64,000 bases of DNA from Octopus vulgaris (taxonomy: Eukaryota). Below are positions 1 to 15,000 of this stretch, piece by piece. Below the pieces are notes generated by a model. The model saw only the letters and a program-made list of their open reading frames with translations, did not search any database and had not been told where the DNA came from. The translations under genes and the position numbers were made by a program. How positions within the stretch are numbered: position 1 is the stretch's first letter; every line of letters starts with the position of its first letter. Location of the stretch: NCBI GenBank assembly GCA_951406725.2, contig OX597830.1, positions 58,156,001 to 58,220,000 on the forward strand, in the 5' to 3' direction.

Positions 1-1136
1 GTAAGCAGTGGTGGTGAGTGAGTTAACAGGTTCAAATCAGCCTATGATTGATTCCTTTGACAGTTTTCAGTTCGGCCAGTCTTAAATACATTTTGCACAG
101 AGATCAAATTTCCAAGTATTTCCCTCATAATCTGTTGCATTGTATCTTGTACAAACTGCCGTTTATATATAACTTATGTTTTACAAGCCAACAAGCCAGT
201 TGCTTAACCTGATAGAAATACCAGCTAAATCATGCTCAAGCTTCACCTCTCACCCTTTTATTTTTTATTTTTCATTTTGTCTGGAGGGAGAGGATGGAAC
301 TAATCCCATAACTTTTGCTGACCCTCCAAGACCAGTGAGGTTGGGTGCCACTAGCATTCACCTTAATAGTTTGCAAGTTGATGGCTACAGACAAATCATG
401 TGCAGAAAAGGAATTCTGAAGGCTTACTTTCTGGGAAGGGAGGACCAGAAATGATTAGTGCAACGAGAGGACACACATATGCATGCACACACACACACAC
501 ATGTGCATGCGCACGTGCACACACACACACACACACTATGAGTGGCAAGAGAAGGGAATATAGAGTGAGTTGGGTATGTCTTAGTAGAGGAGACACGTGA
601 CCAACCAGCTCTGAGGAGCAGAGGCCACTGAAGGACTCATTGGATGATGTGGTTTTAGATCTGAGGAAATGATGGGTTATCATTGTAATTCCTTTTGATT
701 ATAAAGCTTACTCAATTAGGGTTGACTTGGGGTTAAATCATGACAAGCTTCAGTTCTTGCTGTTTAGTCCAAAGTGAGTCTTAGCTGAGTGTACGTGTGA
801 TAAAACATGCTCCAGCTTAGGCTGCGCTACTCAATGCTTTCTTTCAATGCAGTTTTAAGATGGTAGGGCATGATTGAAGGGAGATTTAGCTAATGTTTCT
901 GGCAGGCTGAGTGCCTATATAGGAGGTCTCTTGTTGGTTCATTGAATTGCCAATAGCTTGGATTGGCTGGAATAGCAGAACAACTGTCAAAATGCTTTTT
1001 ACTTTTATCTTGCTGTAATCATGTGAGGAATCATTTCAATAAAATATGCTCAACTCTCCCCTTATAAAGTGGAAACCTTGTGCCAAGGTGAGAAACCCTG
1101 ATTCTTTTGACTGAAAAATAAATTTCATGTTTTTAG

Positions 1137-1222
1137 GCTGTCATTGACGAAAAAAGTGGGCAATACATGGACATTAATGTATTTGATGAAGATCCCGGTA
1201 ACAAAGATGATGAACTTGGGAA
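1137..1222 (+). CDS. ESYT2: ESYT exon, C2A ([28 protein letters not shown])
   Basis: ttttag acceptor, gtaagt donor; FDED..KDD.LG Ca2+-binding loop of C2A. Confidence 0.92.
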
Positions 1223-2073
1223 GTAAGTCTGTCTGTTTGTCTTTAAACATTTGAAGCTGTCAGCTGTTGCATATTTTACATCTCTACATGAGATACTTTC
1301 TTTAATTTGTGTTTCCATTAATTAGTTAAGATATTAAAATTTGACATTTAATTATCATTTCTAATATCCAGAACTAGAAATAATTTGCCTGGTTTTTCCA
1401 TTGTTGCTGCTTTGCCCCAAATTAGCTCTGATGAAGTCAAACTAATGGCATGCAAGTAATTGGCTGAATGAGTCAGAGCAATCCATCGATCCATTGTTCC
1501 AGAAATACTATTCCTCAACCTAATTGAGGATTCCACTGTCCACTCCACTACAGAGGCATTCATTGAATGCAGAACGGTCTGGAATTCTGGGCATGCTGCT
1601 AATTATTTTCTTCTTTTTGCTTATGTAATCTGATTCTCCTGCAGGTTCTGATGGTAGCCACAGGTGAAGGGAGCAGGCTCAATCAGAATGATGCAGCTAT
1701 TGTTTGTGTCTTCTGCTTCACAACACAGTATTGGAGGAAGGAGCTGATGAAGTTATTGATGTTGCTGCTGTTGTGATTGTGTGTGTGTGTGTGTGTGTGT
1801 TTAGGGTAAGAGAGAAGAGTGGAGAGGAGACTGAATAGAGAAAAGGAGAGAGAGAGAGAGAGTGAGGAGATCAAAAGACAGTGGTAAAACAGCAAAAGAG
1901 GGAGGGAAAGAAGAGAAAGACAGAAGAGGGAATGAGAGCTAGAGATGGGGGAGGGGGAGACTTGAAGAAATGATACAGGAGGAAGGAGAGAAAGAACAAG
2001 TGATTAATCTGTTGGAAACCTGTAACCAACAATTTTATTGTTAACAAAAAAGTGAAATAAAATAAGTAAAATG

Positions 2074-2123
<50 letters not shown>

Positions 2124-2787
2124 TGTGTGTGTGTGTGTGTGTTGGGGTGTGTAAATGTGTAGCAACCATTTTTCTCAAATATGTCATGCTGAAAACATAA
2201 CTGTAAGTTTTAAAGCCCTTCCTTAGTGTTTTAGGCTTAGAGATTCCACCTTCCTTTCTGCTTATTAACACCAATGAAAACAATCCAGCAATTTAGGTCA
2301 GGTGTGAGCTACTGCTGTTATGAAACACCACCTGTCACTTTTTGTTCTACCTTCTGCTATTCTGTTTGTTTGAGGACAGGGTTTGTCTATTGAACTTAGA
2401 TGACAGCCACAACCTCTTCATGCTTCCCTATCTTTACAATTTTACAAAGTGTTTTTGTATTTAAGATTTTGTTGTTGTTGTTGTTGGTCAACCCCAGATC
2501 AGCTTCAATCAAACTGCTGTGATGAAAGGTGTTTCAGCTGTGAACCGGTTTATCTTTTTGTGTACTTAGTACCTACATTCGCTGGTGTATTCTTTCTTTC
2601 TGTGAAGAAAATAGTGTTGAGAAAATTTGGCTGCTATTTCTAGTAAATCAAGTGGCTATATAGAGGTTCTCTCATTGTTTGTGTGTAGTAGTAGTGGGAG
2701 AATGGTGATGGTCAGAGAATTTGTCCAACTTGTTAGTTGAAACCCTTTGTGTATAAATTTAACAGTAAGGATGTTACACACCAGCCA

Positions 2788-2827
<40 letters not shown>

Positions 2828-5800
2828 TCTCTTTCTCTCGCTCTCTTTCTCTCTCTCTCTTTCTCTCGCTCTCTTTCTCTCTCTCTCTCTCTCTCCTGTC
2901 CTATTAATCTGGGCCAGAATATACAAATGCAATGAAAAGAGAACAAGATATGACTGATGGAATGTGGTCAGAAGTACAACTAAATCCAATTATTATTATT
3001 ATTATTACTAAAGCATGTACAATTTAATTACATTGTATAAGTTGACTCACCATTGAGTCACCTTTTGTTGGTTGTCCACTTTCTGTCCACTTTCTGTTCG
3101 CCCAGAACTGATCGGCTGCTTCTTCCTAACAGTTTATATGAAGTGGGGGTGATTTAGATGTAAAGGACTGTGACATGTGAAGGCTGTACACAATGCATGG
3201 TTGAATAGATAAGGTGTTTGTTTTGTTGTTACAAGGTCCCTGGTTCAAACCCATTGTTTGGCCCCTTAAGCAGATATGTCTCTGCCAAAGTATTTTACTC
3301 CATTCAAACCATGTGAATTAAATTGTGTAGTTGGAAACTGTGTGGAAGCCTGTCACAAGGAAGGAAACCTTGTCAGACCCTGCCATGCTGGTTCTGTATG
3401 AGAATTATGTCAAGGCATTGATTCTCAATCTTCTTGATTCTGTGGCTTTTCCAACTGGGGTAACCAGGTGACTCTCCTACAACAAGACACCTCCTGTTCC
3501 TCTCTCTTTGTCACATCTCTCATCACCTGGCCACCTCCCTCTATACTACACCCCACCACAGTTGAACGGGTCTTGTAAGTTATTTAGCTTCCTCACTAGT
3601 GCCTGTGCCATGTAAAAAGCACCCATTACTCTCTGTAAGTGGCTGGTATTAGGAAGAGCATCCAGTTATAGAAACATTGCCAAAGCAGACATTTGAAAGA
3701 GCAAAATTTTCTTTTTGAAAATTATAATACATTTGAATGGAAGAAAATATTAAAGAGTTTGAAATGTCTTATTTTGATAGAGGAAATATGTAAGCTTCTA
3801 TGACAGTTTTGTCTTCTGCTTGGACGGGAGATACCCTTATCTGGCTTGCTCAATTAGAAACAAACAGAACAACAACAGAGGCACAAAATAATATTCAATT
3901 TGAATATCTGGAGTTTGATTTCTGCAGGAATAATATGGGTGAGGAAAGGATAGCAATGGGTAGCAAATCTGGGTGTGTAGGGTTTGGTTTTGTGTGAGGG
4001 TAAATTCTAAGATGTCAGTTATAGTAGAGATGAGTGGAGGAAAAGAAGTAGGTTTGTCAAATGCAGGTGATATTCAGATAAATTTGTACAGAGGAATAAA
4101 TAAGTAGAGAGAAAACAATAAATTTGTGAGTGGAAAGTTGAAGCTTGTTGGTGAGGCAACTTGCCAATCAGCTCAACAGCTTTCTTTTGGATGTACTCTA
4201 AGATGTTGATGTTTAAATATCAGAACACTACACCAATATTACTTTAACATTAATCTTACTTGAGAGCTTTGTAGCAGGGTCTGCAGTTGATCAGGTTCTG
4301 AAGTATTTAGTAGCTCTACAGAGGAATCCTAGGCATTGGCAGTGTTACACATGTGGGTCTACCAAAAGAATTCATCACAGATTCTAGTGTGTTGTTTCTG
4401 TGAAGAGATAGTATGTTACAGCAATGTTCATCAGTTTAACACTAATGTTGCCGTCCAACCCATGCCAGCATGGAAAGCGGACGCTGAATGATGATGATGC
4501 GTCCATGCATCTTTTATTCTCTTTATTAAACAATCTTGAAACCTTTCTCCTCTTTAGTGTCAGTCTGGATATAGAACCAGTTTCCAAGAAAGGTGTAATG
4601 GATGCTGTAAGTAAATTTCATTTTTATTTTATTGTATTTGTTTTGGATATTTTAAGTTTTTTCCAGAAAGAAATATATTTTTTTTAAATTTTGAAATTAG
4701 TAATTTTTAGAATTGTAAAATTCATCATCATCATCATTCAATTCTATATTTAAGAGATGAGGAATTATGTACATTATTTACATTCGATAGATATTTGTCC
4801 TCATCTTCTTTGTTGTTAACATGTTTCAGCTGATATACCCTCCAGCCTTCATCAGGTGTCTTGGGGAAATTTCAAACCTGGGTTCTCATTCCTAAGGTAG
4901 TTTTTGATATTATTATTGTTATTATTATTCAGGTCACTGCTTGAAATCAAACTCGGAATCTTGGGGTTTATAGCCCACACACTTAACCACTACACCATAT
5001 GCCCGTAGTGGTTAAGAGCACGGGCTACTAACCCCAAGATTCCAAGTTCGATTCCAAACAATGACCTGAACAATAATAATAATAATAATAACAACAACAA
5101 CATCAAAAAATACCTTAGGAATGAGAACCTAGGTTCGAAATTTCCCCAAGACACCAGAAGAGGCTGGAGGGTATATCAGCCGAAATGTGTTAACAACAAA
5201 CAAGATGAGGACAAATATCCCTTGAATGTAAATAATGTACATCATCATCATTGTTTAATGTTTGTTTTCCATGGGTTGGACGGTTTGACTGAGGACTGGC
5301 GAGCCAGAAGGCTGCACCAGGTTCCAATCTGATTTGGCAAGGCTTCTACAGCTGGATGCCCTGCCAAATGCCAACCACTCTGAGAGAGTAGTGAGTGCTT
5401 TTTACATGCCACTTGCACAAGGGCCAGTCAGGCAGTACTGGCATCGACCACGCTTGAATGGTGCTTTTTACATGCCACCAGCACAGGAGCCAGTCAGGCG
5501 GCACTGATAACAACCACGCTTCAATGGTGCTTTTTACATGCCACCAGCATGGGACCAGTTAGGCAGCACTGGCATCGACCGCACTCGAATGGTGCTTTGG
5601 TGCTTATAATCATATATTAACATAACAAATATGTATATTAATTTTGCAGTTGTTCTTGGAAAGAATATCTACAATCTTTCATATGAGTGCAGAATTGCCT
5701 TATCAATTAAGGGCTTCTTTTATAGTTGATTCACTAGGAGGAAGGCACTGGGGAAACCCTAACTGTATCTCCTCTTCTTCTCTTTCTAATTATTATCTAT

Positions 5801-8800
5801 AACTCTTCCAATCTGGTACTATCCTTCTCACTCACTCGCTCGCCTGCCTGGGTATCTTTGGGCTAACTCTATATAATCTACATCTTATATGCAGAGGCAT
5901 TTGTTCTCTGAACTTTTCCTACCTTTTATTTTTATTATTATTATTATTATTATTATTTACTCAAGCCATCAATGACAATCAGGCACTAATTAAACTTTTT
6001 TGCTAACATTACTGGTGGGTCATCTAGTTAGCTGAATGTGCAGGAGTATATCTTGGTTTCAGTGACTGAGAGTACAAAACTGGCCCCTAAACTGAATACC
6101 AGTCTATTGCAGAGTCCCCCACCCCCAGCCAGCAGCTGCCACTGGTACTCCTTTTCAGCTGAGTGGGTGCAACATGAAATGAAATTCCTGGCTCCAGAAC
6201 CTAATCGGTTGCTTTTCTGTATTTTTTTTGATGGCCCTCAACTTTAAAAAATATTAAGGTAAAAACTGAAATTATTAAATTATATTGTTTATATGTTTAT
6301 TATTTTTGTTTTTCCTCTAGTGGCTCCCTCTCCGAGATATTGAGAGTGGAATGGTCCATGTGAAATTAGTATGGTTGAACCTTTGCAATAATCCTACAGA
6401 GATCGACAGGGTAAGTCTCCCAGCTTCAACTTTGTATAATTTGCATTTAGAAATGCTCTTATCTTTACATTATTCTTGTACCTATATATTACTTATATAA
6501 TTACACATTCTTACTGTCTTGAGATGCTGTAGCATGAGATCTTATTTATAAGGTATTTATTTCAGCAAATATCTTTCTTTAAGTGGTGGGATTGGGAGTG
6601 GAGGGGTGGGCTAATTTTCTGTCTTTGTCATATCATTTTCAGAATGTCTTGGCCAGATATTAACAGCTTAAAATCTTAAACAGTAATTTTATTTTACCTA
6701 ATTAAATATGTAAACTGATATACAATTTATTTCTGCATGTATCTAGAGTTGGGAGTTATTTCTTAAAGCTGTACAGACTGCATCTGTAACTTTTCTGTTT
6801 TTCACTCTGTATATTTGCAATCAATAAACTTTTCCTTAAATTGTTTTTTCTTTTATTTCTTATAGATTCAACCATTTTTTATTCCATTATTTGTCTGATC
6901 CTGCTTTATTATTTTTTTTTTCCTTATCTTTAAATGTCACATCTAAAAGACATCTTGTTTCATCTTTATTTTTCTGAAACTGCAGTTTCTAGATTATCTT
7001 TTTCTTGACGAGGTGTTATAATTCATATTGTTGATATTCTATAGATTGTAATATTTATTACCTCTGAAAAGAGCTCTGACATAATTTCATGTCTCCGTCC
7101 TCCAGACTTGATGCCTCTGTTTCAAGAAGTGAGTTGATTCATTAGAATGTTTTCTCTGTCAGCGCATTCTGATGGTAGTTTTTTTTGTTTTTCTTTTCTA
7201 TAATTGGAGTGAGAGGATTTCAGAAAATCAACTTAATTCTGATGTATTTATGTATCCCATTGGCGATAATTTGTAGCCGTAGGATTAATGAGTTGTGCTG
7301 TGCCTCGAGCTATAATATTAGATACACGATCAAGTCCTCTGTTAGAAAACTTTGGGATTGCAGGTCAAAGAGGCAACTAAAAGGTTTGAAGACATGGAAG
7401 GCATCTGGCTATGAAACACTGCTTTTAAAGGGTAACTGAGACTGTTGTTAGAGCCTGCAGGGTTACACGCCACTTTAGCAGGAAAAATAATCTGCAAATG
7501 ATTGTTACATACACACATAAGTGTGTGTATTACCACATAAAAAGCATCCAGTACACTCTGTAAAGTGGTTGGAATTTGGAAGGGCATCCAGCCATAGAAA
7601 CCATGCCAAAACGGACAATTGGGGCTGGTTGCAGCTCTCCAGCTTACCAGCTCCTATTAGATTGTCCAGCACATGCCAACTTAAAAAAACGGACATTAAT
7701 TGATGATGATGATGATGATATATATGTATATCATCATCATCATCATCATCATCATCGTTGTTTAACATTTGTTTCCATGCTGGCATGGGTTGGATGATTT
7801 GGCAGGAGCTGGCCAGCCGGAGAACTGTCCAGACTCAAATTGTCTGAGATTGTGGCATGGTTTCTACAGCTGAATGCCCATCCTAATGCCAGCCACTTTA
7901 GGGTTAGGTACTTTTTATGTGCCACTGTATTTTATGTGGAACCAGCACCTGTAAAGGACAAGCCTGTATAGATGGAAGGCTGCGATTTTATTTAGCTTCA
8001 GTTTGTATTTAGGTGGTGCTCCAGTCTGGTCTTGGAATTTTCTCTACCATTACTTGATTTCTCACTCTGCCTAAGCTGAAATTCTTTACTGAGAATTTAC
8101 TTGATCACAGCAACACTTTTTCTATTTTCTTCATTCTCAGATGCAAAACAAAAGTCCCAAATATTTTTTTTTTCTCTTGTGGCTATCAAACTCTTTTTTG
8201 AATTCTCCTGATAAAGAACTAAAGGGCAAGTCTTTGGAGGGTGCAATACCCTACTGAACCCCATATATACAAACACACTAGATTACAGAAAGATTGTTTT
8301 GCTTGAGAATTGCAGAAAAAGGGATTTATATCTTTACTTGTATTTGTAGAGACATAACTGCTGAAATATCAATTTAGAAGGAATTGTTTCATTGCTCTCA
8401 TAAAATATGTTTGAAATTTATATTTTTTTTTTAATCTTAAAATTTTTTTTCCTGTTTCTTTTTCATTATTAAAAAAAATTGAGATTAATATTTTTTTATC
8501 ATAGAAAATCAATCTTAACCTCTCATGAATTAGTCATTAATTTTGGAATTATTTCAAATTATTGCAAGTTCCATCAAGAAAAGAAATCTAATTTTTGTTG
8601 AATTTTCAGCTGAAAATATATTAATATCTAATTTTTATTCTTTTTATGAAAATTACCATTGACAATGGTAAGTCATTTTATTCAACATGGCTACTGAATT
8701 GGGTTTATTTTTCCCTTAGATTTTAAAAAGTTTGCTCTGTGCTGTGATTTATTCAGAAATTTGGTAAATTTCACTTTTATGGTTTTGTTGGCCACTTCTT

Positions 8801-11800
8801 TAACGTTTAACCTCTTGGTGAATCAAATCTGCAATTCAGTTTTCATTCCCAATCGGAGCCTGTTTTATTTCACTCTTTTTATTATATCACTAATGGCCCT
8901 TGAGAAAGATATGATTGCCGTAAAATCACATTTCTATAAATCTTAGGCTTTGTAAAAATTAAATATGAAACATTTTAATAGAAACAGAAATTTTCACTTT
9001 TAAATATTGTGTTACAAAATTAAAAGGGTATCCGCAATTAATTGAGATGAATGTTTGCAAAAAAAAAAAGCAATAATTTTGCGCAATGCAGGTGAGGAGT
9101 TAGACAAAATATGTAAGGTGATGTTGATGAATAAAAACAAAGAGGAAAGGTATTGTATTACTTTGTATACATTGTGTAATGATGCTAAAAAAGGGTGGGG
9201 GGGTCCCTTTTCAAATCGAAGGAAGTGATTCAAGAGTTCAGAGAAATGTGTTGTTATTGGCAAACCATTCTGGTGTCTTAGAATTTGTAGAAGTTTCTGA
9301 ATATGTCACTTTTTCATTTTTTTTTAGAAATTTTACTTTGGAACTTTACCTTGAGAATATCTTTTAATATTTTTTCTTTGACTTATCTTTATTCCATCCC
9401 TTTTCCATTTACTTTTCTTGAAAAAGTTGCAATATGGCCTAATCAGATACTATTATTTTTTACTCTTGCTCAACACCTTGTTGAGTAGGTGCATGTTGGC
9501 CTTGAGACGGAGATTTTACATGCCATTGGCTACAATGCAGATAAAAACCAAGAACTAATAACTTGGTAGAAATTGATGATGATTAGTTTCATGTTCTACC
9601 AAAAATCTGAATAAAGAAGAAATAATTTTGGGTTGGGACATAATTATTGCAGCTTTTTTTCAACAAATTTTATTCAACAAAAACATCTTTAAATGATTAT
9701 TCCGGAGCATATTCACCATCTACTTCAATTACTGCTTCCTGTTTGCTTGGCAGACGGTCAGACTGTCATTTAAAGATGTTTTTGTTAAATATTATTATTG
9801 TTTTTGTTGAATAAAATTTGTTGAAAAAAGCTGTAATAATTATGCACCAACCCAATACATACATACCTACATATATACATATATATACATACATACCTAC
9901 ATATACATATATATACATACATACCTACATATACATATATATACATACATACCTACATATACATATATATACATACATACCTACATATACATATATATAT
10001 ATATACATACATACCTACATATATATATACATACATACATACATACATACCTACATATATATTTACATACACGCTTACATATACATATATATACATACAT
10101 ACCTACATATACATATATATACATACATACCTACATATATATATACATACCTACATATATATATATATATATATATATACATACATACCTACATATATAT
10201 TTATATACATACCTACATATATATATATACATACATATATACATATACATATATATACATACATACCTACATATACGTATATATATTAGGTTGGTGCATA
10301 ATTATTGCAGCTTTTTTTCAACAAATTTTATTCAACAAAAACATCTTTAACCCTTTTGTTACCGTATTTATTTTGAGATGCTCTGTGTTTCTTTCAATTA
10401 CTTGTAAATATAACAAAGAATTTAGTAAAATAACTTAGTTATTATTAAGCTCTGTGTTAGGAACATAAATTGTGACGAAGGTTTTGGTAGAAGATTTTAA
10501 TTCAAAACTTATGAAAACAAGACATTTGTTCTACAGAGCCAGTGCCGGTTTCAGCTGGGTTGGTAACGAAAGGGTTAAATGATTATTCTGGAGCATATTC
10601 ACCATCTACTTCAGTTACTGCTTCCCATTTGCTTGGCAGCCTGTCGGAATAATCATTTGAAGATGTTTTTGTTGAATAAAATTTGTTGAAAAAAAGCTGC
10701 AATAATTATGCCCCAACCCAATATAAAAGCTCCTACTGGATGCTAAGCTTTTGACATAGTTTATAAATCAGAGCAATTCAAAATAAATTTGTTCTGGAGA
10801 TTATAGATATTTTGGTAGATATCTAGTCATCAAATTGATAATTTCTACTGAGAAACCTGTTTCTCTGTAGAGTTGTGGTTAATCTTTAATCAGTTTATTT
10901 GGTTTACCTTAACATTTAGAAGGTTTTAAATATTATAGAAATGTCCAACAAAAATCAGTTTTTGGATAGTCTTGAGATGCTTGCTTCATTTCTAGTCAGG
11001 CAGTTTGAAGCTGTACACTTATGTAGAAACTTAAATTTTTTCTTGTCCTTTGATGAGCAGAAGATGACTTTAAAAAAAAACATTGTGTTCACTGACTTCC
11101 TCTCTTCCGTTGTTTAAGACCATTTTTGGAGAAAAAAAAAATAGAGGCTTTAAATTAGGATGATCTCTTTTTGCTTTGTTTTCTCTCTAGTAATGCATGA
11201 TATCTTATTTCTGGGCACATTTGTTAAATCTATTACACGTTTGTATTTTTGAATATATGCACACACTCATATATAAAATACTTAATCGATAATTTCAAGC
11301 GGTTCTGATAGATTACTAAGATTCATTTATAGTTATAAAAATGTTTTAGTGTCTAATATATAAAAAGCACTAGCATTGCATTAGTTTAACTTTTTCATTT
11401 TAGAATAAATTAAAAATGGAAACTACCTCCAAGCAAGTATGAGAGTTCTTTTAAATAAATAAACCGTTTTAAAGCTTTATATGGAAAAGAAAATATTTTG
11501 CTTTTCTATGAAAACGCTTAATTGTTAGTTCAATGTAATTGTTTGTTTTTTTTTGGGGGTTTTTTTTGCAACTGCTTTATGCTAATTTCCCTCCATTATT
11601 TTGCAATTATTAACTTATATCTTCAAACTTTATTATTAATTATTAAAGGTCTATATATATGTATATATATATCTCAGTAACTTGATACAATGAAATGTCT
11701 AAAAGTTTGAAAATCTCTTGAACTAAATATGAAACATTATTGTTTTGTATCCTGTATTATCTTCCAAAATATCATTAGAACTAAATTTGGAAAAGGATAT

Positions 11801-12061
11801 TTCTCAGTCTCTGGATGAAAGAGAAATTATTCTCTGCTCAGTTTTTCTACTTGCTTTCGTAAAAAAAATCTAGGTTAAAAAAGAAAAGAAAAAATCAGGG
11901 AAATATTTTTCAAAAGTATCTTCAGGTATTAGTGCCTTTTATGAAAATAATTCTTTTTTGTTGCTACCAATCATTCTCTAGATAATAAACATTTTTAGAT
12001 AGAATCTTATCTGAAATATATTTTCTGTATCATTTTCATCAGTTTTGTGTGTGTGCTTGTG

Positions 12062-12093
<32 letters not shown>

Positions 12094-15000
12094 GATAGAA
12101 ATGGTAAGACAACAAAAGAATGAAAGAGACCTCAATATTATGTAAATAGAGGAATTTATCTGTAAATGTAATATGTGACAATTATTCAGTCGCCATGATA
12201 AAACTCCGAGTTTCAGATGTCAAGGTGGAAATCCATGCCACCATCTCTTCAGTTATCCAGCCATCAGAAAAACTTTTTTCCGATGGCTACCGAATAATTG
12301 TCACATATTACATTTATTTATTTATATATATAATGATGGCTTCTGTTATTTCTAAATGTATACTTAGCACTGTACACTGAATGTCATTTGTTGCTTCTGA
12401 AGCTGCTGTTTGATATTGAACCCACTAGCAGACTTGTAGAGCTCTTCTCTGCTTTCAGCAATGTTTACTCAATTTTCAATTCCAGATTCTTCACTCATTC
12501 TATGATCAGTAGCACATCACCTTAAACTCATTGCTTTTGTGTCTCTCAGTGATTTTTATCTTCCACCAGAGAATCTTTTGCTGGTTATTAAACGAGATTA
12601 TAAAATTGATTATTCTAACTTATGATGTTTTGTATTCTAATGAATGTACTATCTTCCCTTTCTGAGAACATCTTTGTTAATTTTCATCAAAATTGTTTTG
12701 AGGGAATAGACATTTTTAACCTTGGTTGAAATATATATTAACAATAGGACACGGAAATGAAATAATGCATCTTTTCTCTGAAATAGGTGATTTTGGTGTT
12801 GTAGGTTCACTGCAGTAAACTTTGGTGACATAACCTTGAAGTTGACCTGGAATTTCATATTCCATATTCCTATTATAACATTGTAGTTTGATTTCTGAAG
12901 TAAAAAGAGAAACTGAAATTTTCTCATGGTAGCTTTTGTATTCAAAAACTGTTAAACTATAATTTATTACCTCCACCTTAGCTAAGGCGGAGGTATTGTT
13001 TTCAGTTTGTTTGTCCAGGGACAAAATATCTCAAGAACTGCTGGATGGATTCGGATGAAACTTTCAGAGATGTTTGGCCTCATGACTGGCACAAACTGAT
13101 TAGATTTTGGGATCAATTAGGTACCAGACAAGGATTCTGGATTATTTTTCATGTTTTCTTTTTACTTAATTTTTGAGAGCAGCCGGGTTCATTTTTAGTA
13201 TTCTCATTTTGTGAGAGCAGTTGAGTCTATTTCAGATATTCTCATTTTAAACATCATCTCTGGCTAATCGTTGAGAGGACGTTAGTGTTGCCTTGGTAGA
13301 GGTTTGTGCTCTCTGAGTGCTCTTATAACTGCTTTTCTGTTTATCTAAATATGGTGTTGACTTCAGCTATTTCACTTTATTTCTACGGAAGTTTTTTATG
13401 GTAGCTGTGGTAGCAGTCAGTTTTTGTACTAAATATTTCTAGTGTTGTGAGTCCAATTCCTGGTATTCTTTCTTTCATCTTAAAAATATTGAAAAGTATT
13501 CATTTGAAAATATTTGAGGATTATCTAACAACAATAAGAACAAAACTCATGAAAGTTTAGGAAAGAAACCACTTTCTTCAATTATATATAACAACTCGGT
13601 AGACTACATGAAAGTGACTCAAGGGGATATTTCATAAAGCATACAGCTAAAATCTGAAATTATTTCCTCAAAAGGCAATCATAAGTCTGAGTGATATTTC
13701 TTTACATTGCAATATGTGATAATGATTGAAGCATTTCATTCAATTTGACAACCTGTCTTTCAGCTATACACTGTGTATACTGCATATTGTAGCAACGTTG
13801 TTGGACTAAACAAAAAAAATTCTCTCTCTGTCTTAGACAGACAGACAGACAAATAGACTATCCTTCTTTCCTTATAAGAAACTAAAACATTTTAAATCAT
13901 AATTTTTAGTTTAACAATTCCAGTTGTACAAGCAATCGAAGTGAGGGAGGGAAGCAGCATGACAATCTATAAACAAACATTTTCAGACATATCAAAATAT
14001 TTAGCCAACAGTAAATCAAGATTTTATTGCTTACTAAATGTATCCTACCTGCTTCAGAAGTGATGCTGTTCTGCAGAGTTTAGTCTTTGATATGATGATA
14101 GGCTATTCAGTTTTTGAAGTATATACAACAGATGCAGTGACAAAGGAGTTCAGCAATATATTCAAAGTGTTGGATACAAATCCAAGCATAGTTAAGTTTT
14201 GGGATACAGCTCCAGATTAAAGTACTCTAAATATTTCTCTTATTGTAAATGTAATGAGAATTTATTGTACATCAATATAAATTCCAACTGTCCTTCAATA
14301 ATCTTAAAATTATTCATTAATAATATTAGTAAGTGTATATCCATGTGATCTCTGATAAGAAATCCTTTAATTATATTCCTCATTATTACAATGACTCATT
14401 AACAACAATTGGTTCTGAGTACAATACATTCAAAAACAGGACTAATATTTATAAATGCACAAAATAAAAGCCAATATTATTATGCAGTCCTCTCTTTCTC
14501 ATTTAAACGTTCATTTGAATGTTATCAGCATTTTCCCATAGACTGTAGATATTGTAATACTTTTAATAAAAATAGTTGGATGAGCTGCAGTTACACCAAC
14601 AGTGTCATCAGCCATTATAAATAGAAAAAAAAAAAACCTTTCCAGTAGGAACATACCAAATTCTTTTCTGTAATTTCAACAACCCTAATGTCTGTCCTCT
14701 CAATGGTATGAATCCATTGGAAACACTGCTCTGTGCCAAGTTCTGTGTTGCAAACGACAATAAAAAGCTGTATGAGGTTTACTAATAGTGTTTTCAAAAG
14801 GTGATTCTCACAGCATGTCTATAGAGTAGACACTTAGAAAAATTCCTTACTGTTTCATTCTCCAAATATGTCAGCAGTTTAAAGAATGTTAATATAAATA
14901 ATTACAAGAACTATTGATCCATTAAAGAATATACATCCCACTGACATTAATGATTCAATCTTGGCCTCTCAGAGACCTTTTCACAATTTTGAACATGATA

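Noticed and set aside
4930-5070. tRNA genes
   Set aside because: tRNA-like heads lack a complete cloverleaf acceptor stem and run into repeat bodies; these are SINE heads
9818-10438. 206-aa ORF and similar YI/HT/CV/MY-rich ORFs (25288-25858, 45432-45932, 58922-60238, 62610-63883)
   Set aside because: Translations of microsatellites that lack stop codons by composition
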